Assembly (NCBI GenBank): GCA_964537315.1
Contig: CAZIAP010000001.1
Location: 221,938 to 285,937, forward strand
From: an uncultured Gammaproteobacteria bacterium
GTDB taxonomy: Bacteria > Patescibacteriota > Microgenomatia > Levybacterales > GWA1-39-11
Reading direction: 5' to 3'
DNA length: 64,000 nt
Below are positions 1 to 10,686 of the stretch, one piece after another (position 1 is the stretch's first letter; each line of letters opens with the position of its first letter). The notes beneath the pieces were generated by a model, which was not told the DNA's origin, did no database searches, and saw only the letters and a program-made list of their open reading frames with translations. The position numbers were made by a program, and so were the translations under genes.

Positions 1-1049
1 ACACCATCTACTCCATACCACGTAGCATTAGCAGGATTTGTTGAGCTTGTATCGCTAGGGTCGTAATAATAATAAGGGTTAATATAATTTTTATTGATAT
101 CAAATGACCATTCAGCTTTAGAATATTTATTAGTAGGAGCAACTATAGCAGTAAAATTTTGAATTTGTGATGAAGTAGATGAAGATTGCCTTATTCCAAA
201 ATTCCTGGTTGTATCATCTGATAATGGCACAGAAACGGGATTTGTGGTGGTAGCACTATAACCTGAAGGAAGGTTTAGTGTAACAACATATGTTCCAGGC
301 AAAAGCTGATTGAAAGTATAAGTTCCACTGCTATTTGTCGTCGCACTCTGTCCTGTGTTTAGTGAAACTGTTGCCCCGTTATACCCACTCTCACCAGTAT
401 CTCTAACGCCATTATTATTGCTGTCTACATATACTAACCCGGATAAAGTAAACGTCTCAATTGTAACCTGGCTTCCTATTAATTGGCTTGATTGGGTAAC
501 GAGATCTTGACCTGAAGACACAATGTTAGTATCGGTTGACGAACCTGATGCAAACCGAAATGAAACGCTCGTATTTCCCTCTTGTAATGCCTTCATGCGC
601 ACAACAGCTAGTTGAGTTTGACCGTTGTACGGTGTGGTAAGATAACCCTGACTCCAATCAAAGGCTGAAGCGCCAAACTCAATCACCCCATTTTGATTCG
701 CGCTTGTAACTACTGCGTTCTGATTAAATACACCATTTTGTCCTACAGGTGAAAATGATTTTAACGAAGTTGCACTTTGGGCAGTAGGAGTAATTCCTAC
801 GACCTCTAAGCGGGTGTTATCGAACTCAATAACCACATCTATAGCTTCAACACCTGCGTTATCTGTGTTGATCGTAATTGGAAGATCAAACTCTTGTCCT
901 GGAAATGTATTAACTTGAGGTAACCGCAGAGTTGCATTCTCTCCAGCTGCGAAAACAGGATTTATATTTACCAATTGGAATAATAAACCATAGATAATTA
1001 CACTAAGTATGAAAAAATGTTTTATATTTTTTCGAAATAAATTATTCAT
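1..1049 (-). CDS. Secreted modular surface protein, 5' part only (runs off the window): signal peptide, cohesin-like domain, SdrD-B-like domain, start of a DUF5060-like domain
   Basis: Not in the ORF track. Hand translation from ATG 1049: MNNLFRKKYKHFFILSVIIYGLLFQLVNINPVFAA, then GQEFDLPITINTDNAGVEAIDVVIEFDNTRLEVV (cohesin-like), [25 protein letters not shown] (SdrD-B-like), NKYSKAEWSFDINKNYINPY (DUF5060-like). Frame is open to the window edge. Confidence 0.85.
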   Translation of the reverse strand, partial: MNNLFRKNIKHFFILSVIIYGLLFQLVNINPVFAAGENATLRLPQVNTFPGQEFDLPITINTDNAGVEAIDVVIEFDNTRLEVVGITPTAQSATSLKSFSPVGQNGVFNQNAVVTSANQNGVIEFGASAFDWSQGYLTTPYNGQTQLAVVRMKALQEGNTSVSFRFASGSSTDTNIVSSGQDLVTQSSQLIGSQVTIETFTLSGLVYVDSNNNGVRDTGESGYNGATVSLNTGQSATTNSSGTYTFNQLLPGTYVVTLNLPSGYSATTTNPVSVPLSDDTTRNFGIRQSSSTSSQIQNFTAIVAPTNKYSKAEWSFDINKNYINPYYYYDPSDTSSTNPANATWYGVDG

Positions 1050-1050
1050 A

Positions 1051-4000
1051 TTATCTACCTGATACAACCTGAATTTGTGACGGTTTTGTAACATAGATCA
1101 CCGGATCACCTTGATACCATTGTATTTTTCCGGTTACCCTTATCTTTTGACCAACTTTGTAGAATTTGTCCGGAACTGTAGGAAAGTTGCTCCAGTTACT
1201 TTTCATTATTCTGACCAATGTATATCCAGTGTGAGGCTTGGTAAATCCAAGGTATATTGCCAATCTGTTATTTAAGATTTCATTGATTGTGCCTTCAACT
1301 GTTTTTGTTTGTCCGATATGATTCGCGGCTTGAGTATAAGGAATTACTTTAGGTCCTGTTGCGGGTCTATCCTCTGCTTTGTGGTTTTCAATAACTCCAC
1401 CAGATAACGTAGTTGCTCCTGCAACTTGCTGCCTCTGCTGAGCTGCAGCAGTTGGATTACCGTTTTCTAGTGCTACAATAGCACCGTCAAGACTCCTATA
1501 ATAAATCGTATTTTTACTTACTATCCATGTCGCATATTCTTCCCAATACGCATCATGAACGAGTCCCTGATTCCAATAAATATAAAAAGCTGTAGGTCCA
1601 AATCCACGTGGATCACCATCTTGCTTTGTGAGCGTATTACAATAGTGGCTCGTACTAAAGGTAGAACAACCACCGACTGATGCATTTGTAGACCCCACGA
1701 TTTGAGGAGTATGTGTTGTTGTAATAGGATTGGCAAATGTCCCTACTGTAGCTGATCTATTGTTTATTTTAAGAGATAAGCCTGCCATCCAGTGAGCACC
1801 AAATAGATAATCACCAGCCATAGTTACATTTGGCTGTTCATCGGTTAAGAGAAATGGTCCAGGCCAAGTAGTATCGCCTGTTGTTGAATACTTAATCCAC
1901 CGTACATACCCCGGCTCTAAGCCAGAAACGGTTGTGTTGTCCAAAACCATTTCACCAAAGTGTGAATCCCATCTTCCGTCAAACCTATCCATTCCTCTAA
2001 TAATTGTATAAACTACTTCTTTATTGTCAGGGAACTTCTTCACTACTGGTTGAGGTCCCATAGGCTGATAACCACCATTACCATAACCTCCGTGTCCAAT
2101 ATTTGCTATGAAAGGAACGTTACCATTATCAAGGTTCAACACAAACAAGGCTTGTTGATCAGGTCTAGATTGCAAATTTGACCTGATTTGAGTATTAGAA
2201 GTTGGCCACGGACTCCATACTCCATATAATGTATCCCAATCAAGCCTCATCTTCATCAATACATAACCGTGCTGCTCTGCGATTACCGGCCACCCATAGC
2301 TAAACTCATTTGGTGTACCTGCTGTACGGACAGAAGGTTTGACTCTCCAGGACTGTGATCCGTTTGAATTATTTATTGCGTGGACATAAAGATCAGCGGT
2401 TCCGACCACTACTCTGTCGCGCAATAACGAATATGATGGTGGAGTATGCACAGTTGAGTTTGCATTATATGACCAGATCTGAGACATATTATTTTTATTA
2501 ATGGCGTATACTCTGGAACCCATAGAGAAAAATACCCTATCTGAAATTACTGCAGGTGGTAATGCAAGACTACTGGTTGAACCTGAGGGGAATTGCGCAG
2601 AAACACTGCCGTTTGATGCGTTTAATTTATAAAGTGTTCCATTCGTTGAAACTACAAATACAGATGATGTATCCCCGTCATAAGCAACTGTAGAGTTTAC
2701 AGTTCCTACATTAGTAGCATTCCAGGCAACAGAGCCATTTGATTCATTCAATCCAAACACTCCACGAGATCCCGCTGCCACATAGACTCTTCCTCCCCCG
2801 GTAACTGGCTGTACATTTTTTGGCAAACTCGATTTACCCGCTGATACTGCACCACTGGCATTTGGTCCATTCCAAGCCCATTTCCATTTCCAAGGTGTCT
2901 CAACAACCTGAGAAGTATAACCTGTACGTTGCGCATCGTGTGCGTGTTGAGTCCACTCATTTGTTGTTGCTGTAGGCGGAGAGGTAGGTGTAGGCGAGTT
3001 CTGCGATGACGTAGGCGTAGGTGGATTTGAGATAAAATTAGATAAAACTACTGCCAAGTCCATACCATTAATTTTCCCGTCAGCATGCTGATCAAGTAAT
3101 CCTGTCTGAAAATTACCATAGTTTTGAAGTACTAACCTAATATCCTGTGCATCTACAGTTCCATCATTATTTACATCTCCATCACCTTGCGAAGATGATT
3201 GTTGTCTAATACCGAAGTGTTGAGTGGTGTTGCTTGAGAGTGAAACCGATACAGGATTGGTAGTGGTAGAAGTATATCCAGAAGGTAGTGTTAAGGTAAC
3301 TGTGTACGTCCCTTGCAGTAAAGAAGTGAATGTGTAAGTTCCACTACTGTTTGATGTAGCACTCTGTCCAGTGTTTAGTGTAACAGTAGCCCCATTGTAC
3401 CCTGCTTCCCCCGTGTCTCTGACTCCATTACCATTGGAATCTGTATATACTGTACCTGTCAGGGCGTATGTCTGTGGAGTTTGAGTTGGAGTTGGTGTAT
3501 TAGTTACTCCTGACCCTCCAGTTGAATATGAAATTGTTAATTTAGCTGAGTTTGCAGCTCCAGCTTCATAACTTGCAAAATCCCACCACCAACCGGTGGC
3601 TGATCCGTTGTCAACCAACAATAAACTCAGTGCATTCCCACTTTGCCACCCAGTTCGGTTTACTATCTCTTGTACAACGGATGTGATTTGAGGAGGTTTG
3701 TTTAACGATGTCGATGACATCCAGATATTAGCGTTCATTGTTTCTGGGGCTGAGTTGTAGTTGGCAAACGCAGTTGTTCTGCTCCTACTTCGCGGTAAAC
3801 TGTTTGTGCTAAACACCGCACTATTATTACTTGCCTCTCCATAAATGCGTATCTTAACATTATTCAAATAATCTCCCCCCGGCCACACCTGTTGCCAATC
3901 AATTGATGCACTATGAATGGTTGCACCTTGTGGTACAGCTACATTAGCAAATCTAAATCCTGCTGTAATTAGTTGTCCGCTTTCGTCTTTTCCTCCCCCA

Positions 4001-6747
4001 AAGACTGTACTACCTGTATTTAATGCATTACTGCCTGCTACATCATACCCGTCACTAGTACCACCAGGTACTTGTACTGTGACTGTATTTGTACCCGCGG
4101 GAGTGGGTGTAGCAGTCAAAACTACTGTTGGGGTTGGCGTTGGAGTAGGAGTTGAAGTAGAGGTAGGAGCAGTAGTTGGTGCAGGTGTAACAGTAGGACC
4201 TGAATTCCTGCTAACCAGAATTACCCAATCTTGAGATGGAGTACTCGGAGGGCTACCAAGCGAAACAAATGATCCTCCGTTAATGGTTTGTGATGAACCT
4301 TCAAATGCTCCTGTACGCGGATTATACCAGCGCTTCTGAAATTGTCCTGAAGTACCCGAAAGATTAAGTGACCCGGTAGTGGACGCATTAGGCAAGTAGA
4401 CTGCATACACTTCTCCGCTTTTTACAAACACTTGTTGATTTGAAGCTCCAGAAACTAATCCATCGTCTGGCCACATCTCCCAAAAAGGAAGATTTTCTTG
4501 CATAAATTTTCTCGCGTACCATGTATATCTCCATATAGCCTCATAATCTCGGAAGTTTTCTAAAGCTTGATCTTGATCCTGCATAAACCAATCTATCTGT
4601 CCGCCAGAAAGGTAAGTCGGCCACAAGAGATCCTTTCTTTGAGCATCCATGTTATCGGTATAAGTGGAGCGTAATTCGTCCATTGAGATGGTAATTGGTT
4701 TACCGGATTGGTCTGAACGATCTCTTAGTTTCTCAACTTCCCCTCCTCTTCCGGCGTCACCACCTGAATATTGTAATGAGGTCAAATCAAACGGATTATT
4801 TGCTCCTAAACTAAAAAAGTGCTGCCAAGATACATCAGGTGTCGTAATTTGGTGCACTGTAACAGGATGCTTATATGGATCAATCTGTTTTATGAAGTTT
4901 GCGAACTGAACTACAGTTTGAGGAGAAAGCGGATACATAAAGTCGTATTCTTCAGATATATTCCATTGCAAACTATTATGATGTCCAAATCTAGCAATAA
5001 GTTCACGGTAATAAAGTTTCCTCTGATTTCCCAGCGTCCCATCATCCAACGCACGTTTGTTCTGCTCTTCTGCCTCATTCAATACGAAATGTAAATGAAT
5101 ACCTTTTTCCTGCATATAGGTAAACACTTCATCCCATTGACGTAACTTACTGATGTCATAATGAACAACATCATTACTAGTCCAACCTTCCCAATCCGTC
5201 ACATTCACAAATGGAGCAGTATCCTGACCGTCGCCACCTATATTCATGGGTAAGAAGTACACTGAGTTTACATTTTGTGAGGCAAGATAATTAACTGCAC
5301 CAATTAGTCCTTTACCTCCATCATTACCGGTTGCGTTTAAGATAGGATTTCCATTTTGCCAGTCACCTACATGAGGCTGATACGTGTGCAAATAGTTAGG
5401 AGTGTTGTCAAATCCTGCATATCCCAATAAATTTTCAGGGCTATCTGCACCACCTTTAATCCAATACGATCCATCACGGTATTTTAGGTAATGACCACCG
5501 ACATACTCAAGTCTTCCCCATTTGAAAAATCCTGGGGCGTTCGGATCTCGGTCTACAACCGTAAACGATCCAGTTTCACCGTCAAATGACGTAGATGTTC
5601 CCGCAGTAGGACTTGTATTAACAGCAACATTGCTACCTTGTCTGAATGAAGCTGTATAGTTCCAATCTCCAGCTTCATCCGGAGTGAATTTTACTCTCCA
5701 AACATCGCCTGTGCCTCCCCCATTTCCGTCTCCATCAAAATATCCTGGTACGTTGTATGTTTTACCTGAAGGAGAAGTAAATGTTACCTGTAGGCGGTAA
5801 TCTAAAAATGGATTTGGACTGTTATCTGTCTCACTGTGCGATGGACCAGAAAAATCAATAGTAACTGGATACCACTTCCTAAGTGTTCCAGCAACCAAAC
5901 TTGAGGTTGTTGCAAACTGTTGAATAACTTGTTTTGCTTGAAACGTAAGCGACGTCGCAATCCATGATGCTGAGGGATCAATTACCACTGCTGTAGACAC
6001 TTCATTAGTATTTGATGAAAGAGAATGCAATAATGATATTGAAGTATTTGTTGAGCTATCGTCACCAGATGTGCTACTCTGACTCGCTAATGTGCTACCG
6101 TCACTAGGAGATGAAAACGTTACGCTGTTCCCTGCAGTAACTGCAGTGATGATAAACTGATCATCTGAAGTTGGAGTAATGTTATTAGATGGCGAAATAC
6201 TATCCCCGTTGGAACTTGAAGTTACACCTAATGGGTTATCTGTCTCAATGTTGTCATACTCAGCAATAGTTATCGCAGACTTTGTGTCTCCACTAAACTC
6301 AAATTTCACCTCTCCACTTTGTTGCGGAGAATTAGCATAATAATAAACCCACTGTTTTAAGTTGTTCCCGTTATTATTCTCAGCTGCTTTCACCCATCCT
6401 TCAGGCTCACTTGTCACTGATATCGCATCGGATGATTGAGAATTTGATGAAACTGCAGCGATAAGTAAGTTACCTTCAGTTGTATTACTAGACCATGATG
6501 CAGAAATAGAATTAACCTGTCCACTACTACTAGCAACTGTATACTGTACTAAATTTGGTGGTAATGCTTGTGCTCTGGTAGGAGATTTGGGAAACAACCT
6601 ACTCATAAGATTATCCCCAAAAGGAAGAGTGAGAGCTAGAGCGATAAAGAGTAGTAAACCGAAGGCGGAAAGAGATAAAGCAATTTTTATTTTTTTATTT
6701 TGCTTTTCAAGATAATCCCAATAAGTATTGGATTTCTTTTTTGACAT
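1051..6747 (-). CDS. Giant modular surface protein (1898 aa): N-terminal TM, beta-rich domain, DUF5060/DUF4038 glycosidase-like TIM barrel with C-terminal beta domain, P/T linkers, DNRLRE/CBM-like domain, SdrD-B, dockerin-like EF-hand pair, PQQ-type beta-propeller, OB-fold
   Basis: [17 protein letters not shown]...[15 protein letters not shown] (DUF5060), [20 protein letters not shown] linkers, [14 protein letters not shown]...[13 protein letters not shown] (dockerin-like), [12 protein letters not shown] (PQQ-type propeller start), [12 protein letters not shown]...[10 protein letters not shown] (OB-fold). Confidence 0.85.
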   Translation of the reverse strand: MSKKKSNTYWDYLEKQNKKIKIALSLSAFGLLLFIALALTLPFGDNLMSRLFPKSPTRAQALPPNLVQYTVASSSGQVNSISASWSSNTTEGNLLIAAVSSNSQSSDAISVTSEPEGWVKAAENNNGNNLKQWVYYYANSPQQSGEVKFEFSGDTKSAITIAEYDNIETDNPLGVTSSSNGDSISPSNNITPTSDDQFIITAVTAGNSVTFSSPSDGSTLASQSSTSGDDSSTNTSISLLHSLSSNTNEVSTAVVIDPSASWIATSLTFQAKQVIQQFATTSSLVAGTLRKWYPVTIDFSGPSHSETDNSPNPFLDYRLQVTFTSPSGKTYNVPGYFDGDGNGGGTGDVWRVKFTPDEAGDWNYTASFRQGSNVAVNTSPTAGTSTSFDGETGSFTVVDRDPNAPGFFKWGRLEYVGGHYLKYRDGSYWIKGGADSPENLLGYAGFDNTPNYLHTYQPHVGDWQNGNPILNATGNDGGKGLIGAVNYLASQNVNSVYFLPMNIGGDGQDTAPFVNVTDWEGWTSNDVVHYDISKLRQWDEVFTYMQEKGIHLHFVLNEAEEQNKRALDDGTLGNQRKLYYRELIARFGHHNSLQWNISEEYDFMYPLSPQTVVQFANFIKQIDPYKHPVTVHQITTPDVSWQHFFSLGANNPFDLTSLQYSGGDAGRGGEVEKLRDRSDQSGKPITISMDELRSTYTDNMDAQRKDLLWPTYLSGGQIDWFMQDQDQALENFRDYEAIWRYTWYARKFMQENLPFWEMWPDDGLVSGASNQQVFVKSGEVYAVYLPNASTTGSLNLSGTSGQFQKRWYNPRTGAFEGSSQTINGGSFVSLGSPPSTPSQDWVILVSRNSGPTVTPAPTTAPTSTSTPTPTPTPTVVLTATPTPAGTNTVTVQVPGGTSDGYDVAGSNALNTGSTVFGGGKDESGQLITAGFRFANVAVPQGATIHSASIDWQQVWPGGDYLNNVKIRIYGEASNNSAVFSTNSLPRSRSRTTAFANYNSAPETMNANIWMSSTSLNKPPQITSVVQEIVNRTGWQSGNALSLLLVDNGSATGWWWDFASYEAGAANSAKLTISYSTGGSGVTNTPTPTQTPQTYALTGTVYTDSNGNGVRDTGEAGYNGATVTLNTGQSATSNSSGTYTFTSLLQGTYTVTLTLPSGYTSTTTNPVSVSLSSNTTQHFGIRQQSSSQGDGDVNNDGTVDAQDIRLVLQNYGNFQTGLLDQHADGKINGMDLAVVLSNFISNPPTPTSSQNSPTPTSPPTATTNEWTQHAHDAQRTGYTSQVVETPWKWKWAWNGPNASGAVSAGKSSLPKNVQPVTGGGRVYVAAGSRGVFGLNESNGSVAWNATNVGTVNSTVAYDGDTSSVFVVSTNGTLYKLNASNGSVSAQFPSGSTSSLALPPAVISDRVFFSMGSRVYAINKNNMSQIWSYNANSTVHTPPSYSLLRDRVVVGTADLYVHAINNSNGSQSWRVKPSVRTAGTPNEFSYGWPVIAEQHGYVLMKMRLDWDTLYGVWSPWPTSNTQIRSNLQSRPDQQALFVLNLDNGNVPFIANIGHGGYGNGGYQPMGPQPVVKKFPDNKEVVYTIIRGMDRFDGRWDSHFGEMVLDNTTVSGLEPGYVRWIKYSTTGDTTWPGPFLLTDEQPNVTMAGDYLFGAHWMAGLSLKINNRSATVGTFANPITTTHTPQIVGSTNASVGGCSTFSTSHYCNTLTKQDGDPRGFGPTAFYIYWNQGLVHDAYWEEYATWIVSKNTIYYRSLDGAIVALENGNPTAAAQQRQQVAGATTLSGGVIENHKAEDRPATGPKVIPYTQAANHIGQTKTVEGTINEILNNRLAIYLGFTKPHTGYTLVRIMKSNWSNFPTVPDKFYKVGQKIRVTGKIQWYQGDPVIYVTKPSQIQVVSGR

Positions 6748-6846
6748 GTTCGGTTAATAAATTCTAAATCTTATTAAAGTATATAAATTTTTTTAAACAG
6801 TTTACAATAGGTAATTGTTTGTTTGCTAAAAATTAACGTAGATCTG

Positions 6847-6918
6847 AGCGATGGAAGGGAATCGAACCCTCAACCTTCTCCTTGGGAAGGAGACATTCTA
6901 CCTTTGAACTACCATCGC
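6847..6918 (-). tRNA. tRNA-Gly(CCC); CCA not encoded
   Basis: Reverse complement GCGATGGTAGTTCAAAGGTAGAATGTCTCCTTCCCAAGGAGAAGGTTGAGGGTTCGATTCCCTTCCATCGCT folds as a cloverleaf; anticodon arm TCTCC-TTCCCAA-GGAGA; TTCGA T-loop. Confidence 0.95.
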
Positions 6919-7131
6919 GCAAGTAAATTCAAGCGAGGCTTGTAATTTTGACCTTAAATTACCTCTGCAATACATAACTAAATAAAAGGTAGCAATAATA
7001 TAGTAGCACAGACGTATGTAGATAAAAACGAGGTGGGCAGAAACTCGCCACTGTAAGTATCAGTGTAAAAAATACTAGTATTCTGTCTACACAAATACCT
7101 GAATTTACAGAGAGTATTTTTAAACATTAGA

Positions 7132-7803
7132 TTATCTCTGTAAACTCAGTTTTGTTCCTACGTAGATCAGATCTGGGTTGACCAATCCATTTGCTTGCGC
7201 AATTTCAGGCCATCTGTACCCGTTACCGTATGCGCGGATAGATATGTCCCATAGAGTATCTCCTTCTACAACAGTATATTGAGATCCGGTAATTCTTTCA
7301 CCGGTCGGCTGTGTCTGCTCAGTAGCAGCAGTTGGAGAAGGCATTCTCGTTACTGTTACTTCTGGCTGAACATCTTCTGCAGCTTCAGGAGTTGCGTTTC
7401 TTTCAGGAAGAGTTAGTCTTGTTCCGGCTTCTAAATTATCAGGATTGTTCAAATTATTTGCTTCAGCAATCTTACTCCATGCATAACCATCGTTATACTC
7501 TTGTTCTGCAATTGACCAAAGTGTCTCTCCTTCGTCTACAATATATTCATTGTCATTTGCCTGCTCTACTTCAGAATCAATTCCATCCTGAATATCAGGT
7601 GATGATCCTTGTGTAAATAGGCGCACTGCTGCAAAACCTAGAGCAAATAAAACAACTAGTGTTATTACTCCATACACTAATGAAGTATATGAACGAGGAA
7701 ATGAAAAATTAGAGTATCTATTACGCAGTTCGGCTTTAAGCATTTCTGCTCGCTGTTTTCGATCTGCATTTTTTGATTCAGATTTCTTTTTTGTTCGTGG
7801 CAT
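7132..7803 (-). CDS. Membrane-anchored protein with two LysM peptidoglycan-binding domains
   Basis: YIVDEGETLWSIAE and YTVVEGDTLWDISIRAYG...NPDLIYVG LysM motifs, one TM helix. Start moved to ATG 7803, which follows a strong SD (GGGAGGTG). Confidence 0.9.
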   Translation of the reverse strand: MPRTKKKSESKNADRKQRAEMLKAELRNRYSNFSFPRSYTSLVYGVITLVVLFALGFAAVRLFTQGSSPDIQDGIDSEVEQANDNEYIVDEGETLWSIAEQEYNDGYAWSKIAEANNLNNPDNLEAGTRLTLPERNATPEAAEDVQPEVTVTRMPSPTAATEQTQPTGERITGSQYTVVEGDTLWDISIRAYGNGYRWPEIAQANGLVNPDLIYVGTKLSLQR

Positions 7804-7986
7804 TGTTTCTACACCTCCCTTCTGGGCAAGAGTTAGTGGCAGATTATAGGCAGTACTTACGCGTAACAAGCCTTAGGTTGTTCTTGCATAAGCTCTTCCC
7901 AGTTACATTATTAATGTAACGGCAAAGATAAGTTCATTATTTATATTTTTTAGAGGATAAACATCTTGTCCCTCATATCCTCCCTT

Positions 7987-8013
7987 CGTCAAACATGGTA
8001 AACACGTTTGACG
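7987..8013 (-). terminator. Hairpin immediately 3' of tRNA-Asp (terminator or processing signal)
   Basis: CGTCAAAC-N11-GTTTGACG perfect 8-bp stem next to the CCA end; no clear U-tract. Confidence 0.4.
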
Positions 8014-8090
8014 TGGCGGGAGTGACGGGACTCGAACCCGCGACCTCTTCCGTGACAGGGAAGCGCTCTAACCAACTGAGCTACACCCCC
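8014..8090 (-). tRNA. tRNA-Asp(GTC), CCA encoded
   Basis: Reverse complement GGGGGTGTAGCTCAGTTGGTTAGAGCGCTTCCCTGTCACGGAAGAGGTCGCGGGTTCGAGTCCCGTCACTCCCGCCA; anticodon GTC. Confidence 0.97.
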
Positions 8091-8168
8091 AGATTCCTTA
8101 TATATATCAACTGAGAATATTAAATTCTCAGTTCAAATTTATAGATTTGTAGCTAGAGGCTTTACGGA

Positions 8169-8206
8169 ATAGTATCAAATATTTACCTACCAGTCAATGC
8201 TATAAT
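8169..8206. promoter_or_regulatory. Overlapping divergent sigma70-type promoters (tRNA-Asp leftward, polX rightward)
   Basis: Minus strand: TTGACT (8192-8197)-17-TACTAT (8169-8174). Plus strand: extended -10 TGC-TATAAT (8198-8206), 10 nt before the polX ATG. Confidence 0.55.
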
Positions 8207-8216
8207 AAGATGTAAC

Positions 8217-10001
8217 ATGGCACAGAAGTTCTCAAACTCAGACATCGCAAAATTGCTCAGAAATGTAGCAGTTGCTTATACATTGACTGATGAGAAGAAA
8301 CACCGATTTCAAATAATTGCATATCAAAACGCAAGTGAGGCCATTGAGCATGCGACAATTGAACTACAAGATCTTCATCGTGAACAGAAGCTTGAAAGTT
8401 TTCCCGGCATTGGACCAGGTATCAAAAAATACTTGGATGAACTATTTAAAAATGGTAAAGTTCAACACTTTGATAACCTTCTAAGCAGCATACCTCAGTC
8501 TATCTTCCCATTACTTGATATTCCTTCATTTGGTCCCAAAAAAGCAGCAAAAATTGTTATGAGTTTCAGGCTCTCTGATCCATCTACAGTGCTTAAAGAT
8601 GTTGAAAAACTTGCCCAAGACGGCAGAATTTCAGAACTACCGGGATTCGGAGAAAAAAGTGAAAAAGATATATTAAGAGCACTAAATGAATATAAGAAAG
8701 GCACTTCTAAGTCCAGCAGAATGGTTCTTCCATATGCCTACTCTCTGTCACAAACGGTGGTTAAATATATGAAACAGTGTGAGGATGTTATTGAAATTCA
8801 CCCTCTAGGAAGCCTACGACGTATGGTTTCAACAATTGGAGACGTAGATCTTGCGGTCACATCACGAAATTCAGACGCAGTACTCGATTATTTTACTAAA
8901 TACCCTGGAGCAGAACGGGTGATTGAAAGAGGACCAACTACAGCTGCGATACTAGTTGCAGGAGGAAAACATGTAGACTTACTTGTTCTTCCACCTGAAA
9001 GTTTTGGATCTCTCCTTCAGCATTTTACTGGCAGCAAATTTCATAATGTAGCTCTTCGAGAATATGCCTTAAAAAAAGGCTACTCACTTTCAGAGCGAGG
9101 TATTAAACTTTTAAAAAAAGATGGTGAAATGATAAAGTTCAAAACAGAAGAATCATTTTATTCTTTTTTAGGGCTGGACTGGATACCACCTGAGATCAGA
9201 GAAAATCAGGGAGAGATTGAACACGCTCTTAAACGAACTCTGCCAAAACTTGTAGAAATCTCAGATATAAAAGGAGACCTACACATGCATAGCAATTACC
9301 CTATAGAACCAAGTCACGATACTGGGGCGGACACGATGGATGCACACCTCAAACGAGCAAAAAAACTTGGGTATGAATATGTTGGGTTTTCGGAACACAA
9401 TCCAAGCATAAACAATCATTCTGAAAACGAAATATTGTCATTATTAAAGGGGAGAAAAGAATATATCGAACAAAAAATATCGAGTAATTATAATATACGA
9501 GTATTTAATCTACTCGAACTTGATATATTGGCTGATGGGAAAAGAGCAATTAGCGATAAAGCACTTGAGCAATTAGATGCTGTTATTGTCTCTATACATA
9601 GTGCATTTGGAATGGAAAGAAAAAAAATGACTCAGAGAATTATAGATGGATTATCACATCCAAAGGTCAAAGTGTTTGCGCATCCAACTGGAAGATTAAT
9701 TAATCAAAGACCTGGCTATGATGTTGACTGGGAAAAACTTTTCGAATTCATGAGAGAAAACAATAAAGCGCTTGAAATTAACTCTTGGCCTACCCGACTT
9801 GACCTTCCTGATATGTTAGTCAAGCAAGCAAAAGAGTCAGGGATCAAATTTGTTATTAATACTGATAGTCACGCAGTCGATCATATGGAAAACATGTTTT
9901 ATGGTGTCTCAGTTGCTCGAAGAGGTTGGTGCGAAAAAGGTGATATTTTGAATACCTACCCATTGGAAAGATTCGAAAAATGGATAATGAATAACAGGTG
10001 A
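8217..10001 (+). CDS. polX: Family X DNA polymerase with C-terminal PHP domain
   Basis: HhH motifs (PGIGPG, PSFGPKKA), GSLRR...GDVDL, HFTGSK, PHP motifs DLHMHS, AHPTGR, NTDSH. Confidence 0.95.
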   Translation: MAQKFSNSDIAKLLRNVAVAYTLTDEKKHRFQIIAYQNASEAIEHATIELQDLHREQKLESFPGIGPGIKKYLDELFKNGKVQHFDNLLSSIPQSIFPLLDIPSFGPKKAAKIVMSFRLSDPSTVLKDVEKLAQDGRISELPGFGEKSEKDILRALNEYKKGTSKSSRMVLPYAYSLSQTVVKYMKQCEDVIEIHPLGSLRRMVSTIGDVDLAVTSRNSDAVLDYFTKYPGAERVIERGPTTAAILVAGGKHVDLLVLPPESFGSLLQHFTGSKFHNVALREYALKKGYSLSERGIKLLKKDGEMIKFKTEESFYSFLGLDWIPPEIRENQGEIEHALKRTLPKLVEISDIKGDLHMHSNYPIEPSHDTGADTMDAHLKRAKKLGYEYVGFSEHNPSINNHSENEILSLLKGRKEYIEQKISSNYNIRVFNLLELDILADGKRAISDKALEQLDAVIVSIHSAFGMERKKMTQRIIDGLSHPKVKVFAHPTGRLINQRPGYDVDWEKLFEFMRENNKALEINSWPTRLDLPDMLVKQAKESGIKFVINTDSHAVDHMENMFYGVSVARRGWCEKGDILNTYPLERFEKWIMNNR

Positions 10002-10051
10002 CCCGTGTTGCTCTTGACAATCTGAAACAATAAGTAGAAAATCAAATAAAC

Positions 10052-10618
10052 ATGAACTTCTTGAGTCCAACATTTATCGTCGCAGGTGTTGTAATAGCAA
10101 TACTGGTTTTTCTATGGATTAACTATAATTCACTCGTTACACTCCGTGAACGAGTCCGTGAAGCTTTATCAAGTATAGATATACAATTAAAACGTAGGAC
10201 TGACCTTATTCCAAACCTTGTTGAGACAGTTAAAGGATATGCAAAGCATGAAAAAGGTGTGTTTGAGGAAGTAACCAAAGCACGATCAAGTCTCATGAAG
10301 GCTGAGTCTCCACACCAGAAAGCAGAAGCAAATAATATGCTTACTGACGCTTTAAAGTCTTTATTTGCTGTAGCTGAAGCTTATCCCGACCTGAAAGCAA
10401 GTGAAAACTTTAAACACCTTCAGGAAGAGTTATCTGACACAGAAGACAAAATTTCTTATTCTCGTCAGTTTTATAACTCAAACGTTCTTTCATACAATAC
10501 CCGTCTAAAAACTGTTCCGACTGTATTCATTGCGAACATATTCGGATTTAAGGAAGAACAGTTCTTCGAAACAGACGAAGGTGATCATGAACCGGTCAAA
10601 GTAGATTTTTCTTCATAA
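10052..10618 (+). CDS. lemA: LemA family protein
   Basis: YNSLV...[46 protein letters not shown]. Confidence 0.95.
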   Translation: MNFLSPTFIVAGVVIAILVFLWINYNSLVTLRERVREALSSIDIQLKRRTDLIPNLVETVKGYAKHEKGVFEEVTKARSSLMKAESPHQKAEANNMLTDALKSLFAVAEAYPDLKASENFKHLQEELSDTEDKISYSRQFYNSNVLSYNTRLKTVPTVFIANIFGFKEEQFFETDEGDHEPVKVDFSS

Positions 10619-10686
10619 TTTTCAATTAATCTTCATAGCTATCTTCTATTCGTAGCCTTATTCGGTTAGAATATATATATCCATAT

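Noticed and set aside
2131-2140. Partial AAGGTTCAAC match to the RAYT palindrome inside the giant gene
   Set aside because: Incomplete, within coding sequence and without a partner at 25 nt; probably chance.
1-6918. Genomic island integrated at tRNA-Gly
   Set aside because: No integrase or duplicated tRNA 3' end within the window; cannot be excluded beyond the left edge.
7804-7869. TTG-start N-terminal extension of the LysM protein
   Set aside because: A strong SD precedes ATG 7803; the extension overlaps leader and promoter sequence.
8109-8133. Inverted repeat AACTGAGAAT-N5-ATTCTCAGTT in the tRNA-Asp leader
   Set aside because: Real but single-copy; compatible with an ordinary precursor hairpin, with no further support for function.
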